Part shown: piece by piece, positions 63,029 to 64,000 of the stretch
Numbering within the stretch: the first letter of the stretch is position 1
Layout of the letters: the number at the start of each line of letters is the position of its first letter
Source of the DNA: Candidatus Latescibacterota bacterium
Lineage (GTDB): Bacteria > Latescibacterota > UBA2968 > UBA8231
NCBI GenBank assembly: GCA_964291625.2
Contig: OZ220089.1
Location: 2,880,001 to 2,944,000, forward strand
Length of the DNA stretch: 64,000 nucleotides
Direction: 5' to 3'
The notes under the pieces: model-generated
Database searches by the model: none
Told to the model about the DNA's origin: nothing
Seen by the model: the letters and a program-made list of their open reading frames with translations, nothing else
Program-made: the position numbers and the translations under genes

Positions 63029-64000
63029 TGGCAACCCCCCCGCCCGGGTACCGCGTGGCCGTCATCGGCTGCGGCAGCCACGGCACCCGCCTGGCCCGGA
63101 CCTTCGACCTGGACCCGCGGTGCCGGGTGGTGGCAGGGGCCAACAGGGGGCGGGAGGGCCTCGACCTGTTCTGCCAGCGTTTCGGCGGCCTGCCCGGCTA
63201 CCAGGACTACCGCCGGCTGCTCGCCGAGGAGGAGTTCGAGATCGCCCTGCTGGCCCTGCCGGTCTCCGTGAACCCCGAGGTCGTCGCCGCCTGCGCCGCC
63301 AGGAAGGGGATCGCCGGCATCTTCAGCGAGAAACCGGTCGCCGTCAGCCTCGCCGAAGCCGACGGCGCCGTCGAAGCCTGCGAGGCCCGGGGCATCCCCT
63401 GGTCGGCGGGGGACATGTTCCGCAACGCCCCCGAGATCTGGACGGCGCGGCGCCTGGTCGAGTCCGGCGAGATCGGCGAGGTGCAGTCGATGAACATCTA
63501 CGGCTGCGGCGGCAACCAGATGTCGGGCCAGGGCTGCCGGCAACTCTCCGACGGCTTCATGTTCGCCGGCGACGCCGAGGTCGAGTGGGTGGTCGGCGCC
63601 GTCGACGGGGAGCCGGCCGACGCGGACCTGGGCCCCATCGACGAGCACAGCGACCACGACCAGGGCGTCGCCTTCGGGGTGATCGGCTTCGCCAACGGCC
63701 TCACCGCCCACCTGCACCGGAACATCACGGCCAGGAACGGGATCGAGGTCCTGGGCTCGGACGGCGTGTTGTTCATCGGCCAGAGCCGCGTCGGCCGGAT
63801 ATGGCGCCGGACCGCCCGCGGCCTCGAGCCGGACCGCAGCCTCTTCCCGGATCCCGATCCCGGGCAGACCGCCCTCCACCAGTACGACGAGGAGGGGTGG
63901 GAGGTCCCGCGCACACGCATGACCGAGAGCGTCACGGCCTTCCTCGACGCCGTCGAGAGCGGCGGGCCCGTGAAGTGCTCGGGCGCCGACATGCGCAAGG
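63028..64000 (+). CDS. Gfo/Idh/MocA-family oxidoreductase, 3' end beyond the window
   Basis: TGATG overlap; my translation MATPPPGYRVAVIGCGSHG...YQDYRRLL...IFSEKPVAVSLAEAD...GEIGEV. Absent from the ORF track because no stop occurs in the window. Confidence 0.85.
   Translation, partial: MATPPPGYRVAVIGCGSHGTRLARTFDLDPRCRVVAGANRGREGLDLFCQRFGGLPGYQDYRRLLAEEEFEIALLALPVSVNPEVVAACAARKGIAGIFSEKPVAVSLAEADGAVEACEARGIPWSAGDMFRNAPEIWTARRLVESGEIGEVQSMNIYGCGGNQMSGQGCRQLSDGFMFAGDAEVEWVVGAVDGEPADADLGPIDEHSDHDQGVAFGVIGFANGLTAHLHRNITARNGIEVLGSDGVLFIGQSRVGRIWRRTARGLEPDRSLFPDPDPGQTALHQYDEEGWEVPRTRMTESVTAFLDAVESGGPVKCSGADMRK

Overview
A very GC-rich, gene-dense bacterial chromosome segment. Gene content (FCB-type alaS, group II GGGP synthase, ptsH-ptsI-metK, large SRP RNA, PhyH/Gfo/GHL10-like genes) suggests an FCB-related lineage such as Latescibacterota or Gemmatimonadota; this is inference only. 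Layout: (1) 55-12926 (+): sugar ABC ATPase, holB, rsmA, a putative outer-membrane protein, ilvE, a TPR lipoprotein and a Yej/Opp-type peptide ABC transporter whose first permease is frameshifted. (2) 12950-20136 (-): a tightly coupled 8-gene operon of unknown function, with a GlmL/MutL-type ASKHA ATPase and several membrane proteins. (3) lysA, divergent from tadA-tRNA-Ser-tRNA-Ser-tRNA-Ala-ffs-dnaX-recR-pgsA-pgpA-recA-recX-alaS-GGGPS-ptsH-ptsI-metK. (4) A lipoprotein/beta-barrel pair, ppk2, clpB with a sigma54-like promoter, degP, a degenerate GH78-like gene, an esterase, hemH, a P-loop kinase and a TrmH-family methylase. (5) 48632-64000: an accessory catabolic-looking locus with three paralogs of an uncharacterised ~650-aa family, three GHL10-like TIM barrels, two Gfo/Idh/MocA oxidoreductases, PhyH and a degenerate M19 dipeptidase. 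It is interrupted by a 500-bp cassette flanked by direct repeats that encodes a small membrane-anchored coiled-coil protein. No CRISPR array, transposase, integrase or rRNA was seen. All family assignments come from motif recognition by eye, not database searches.
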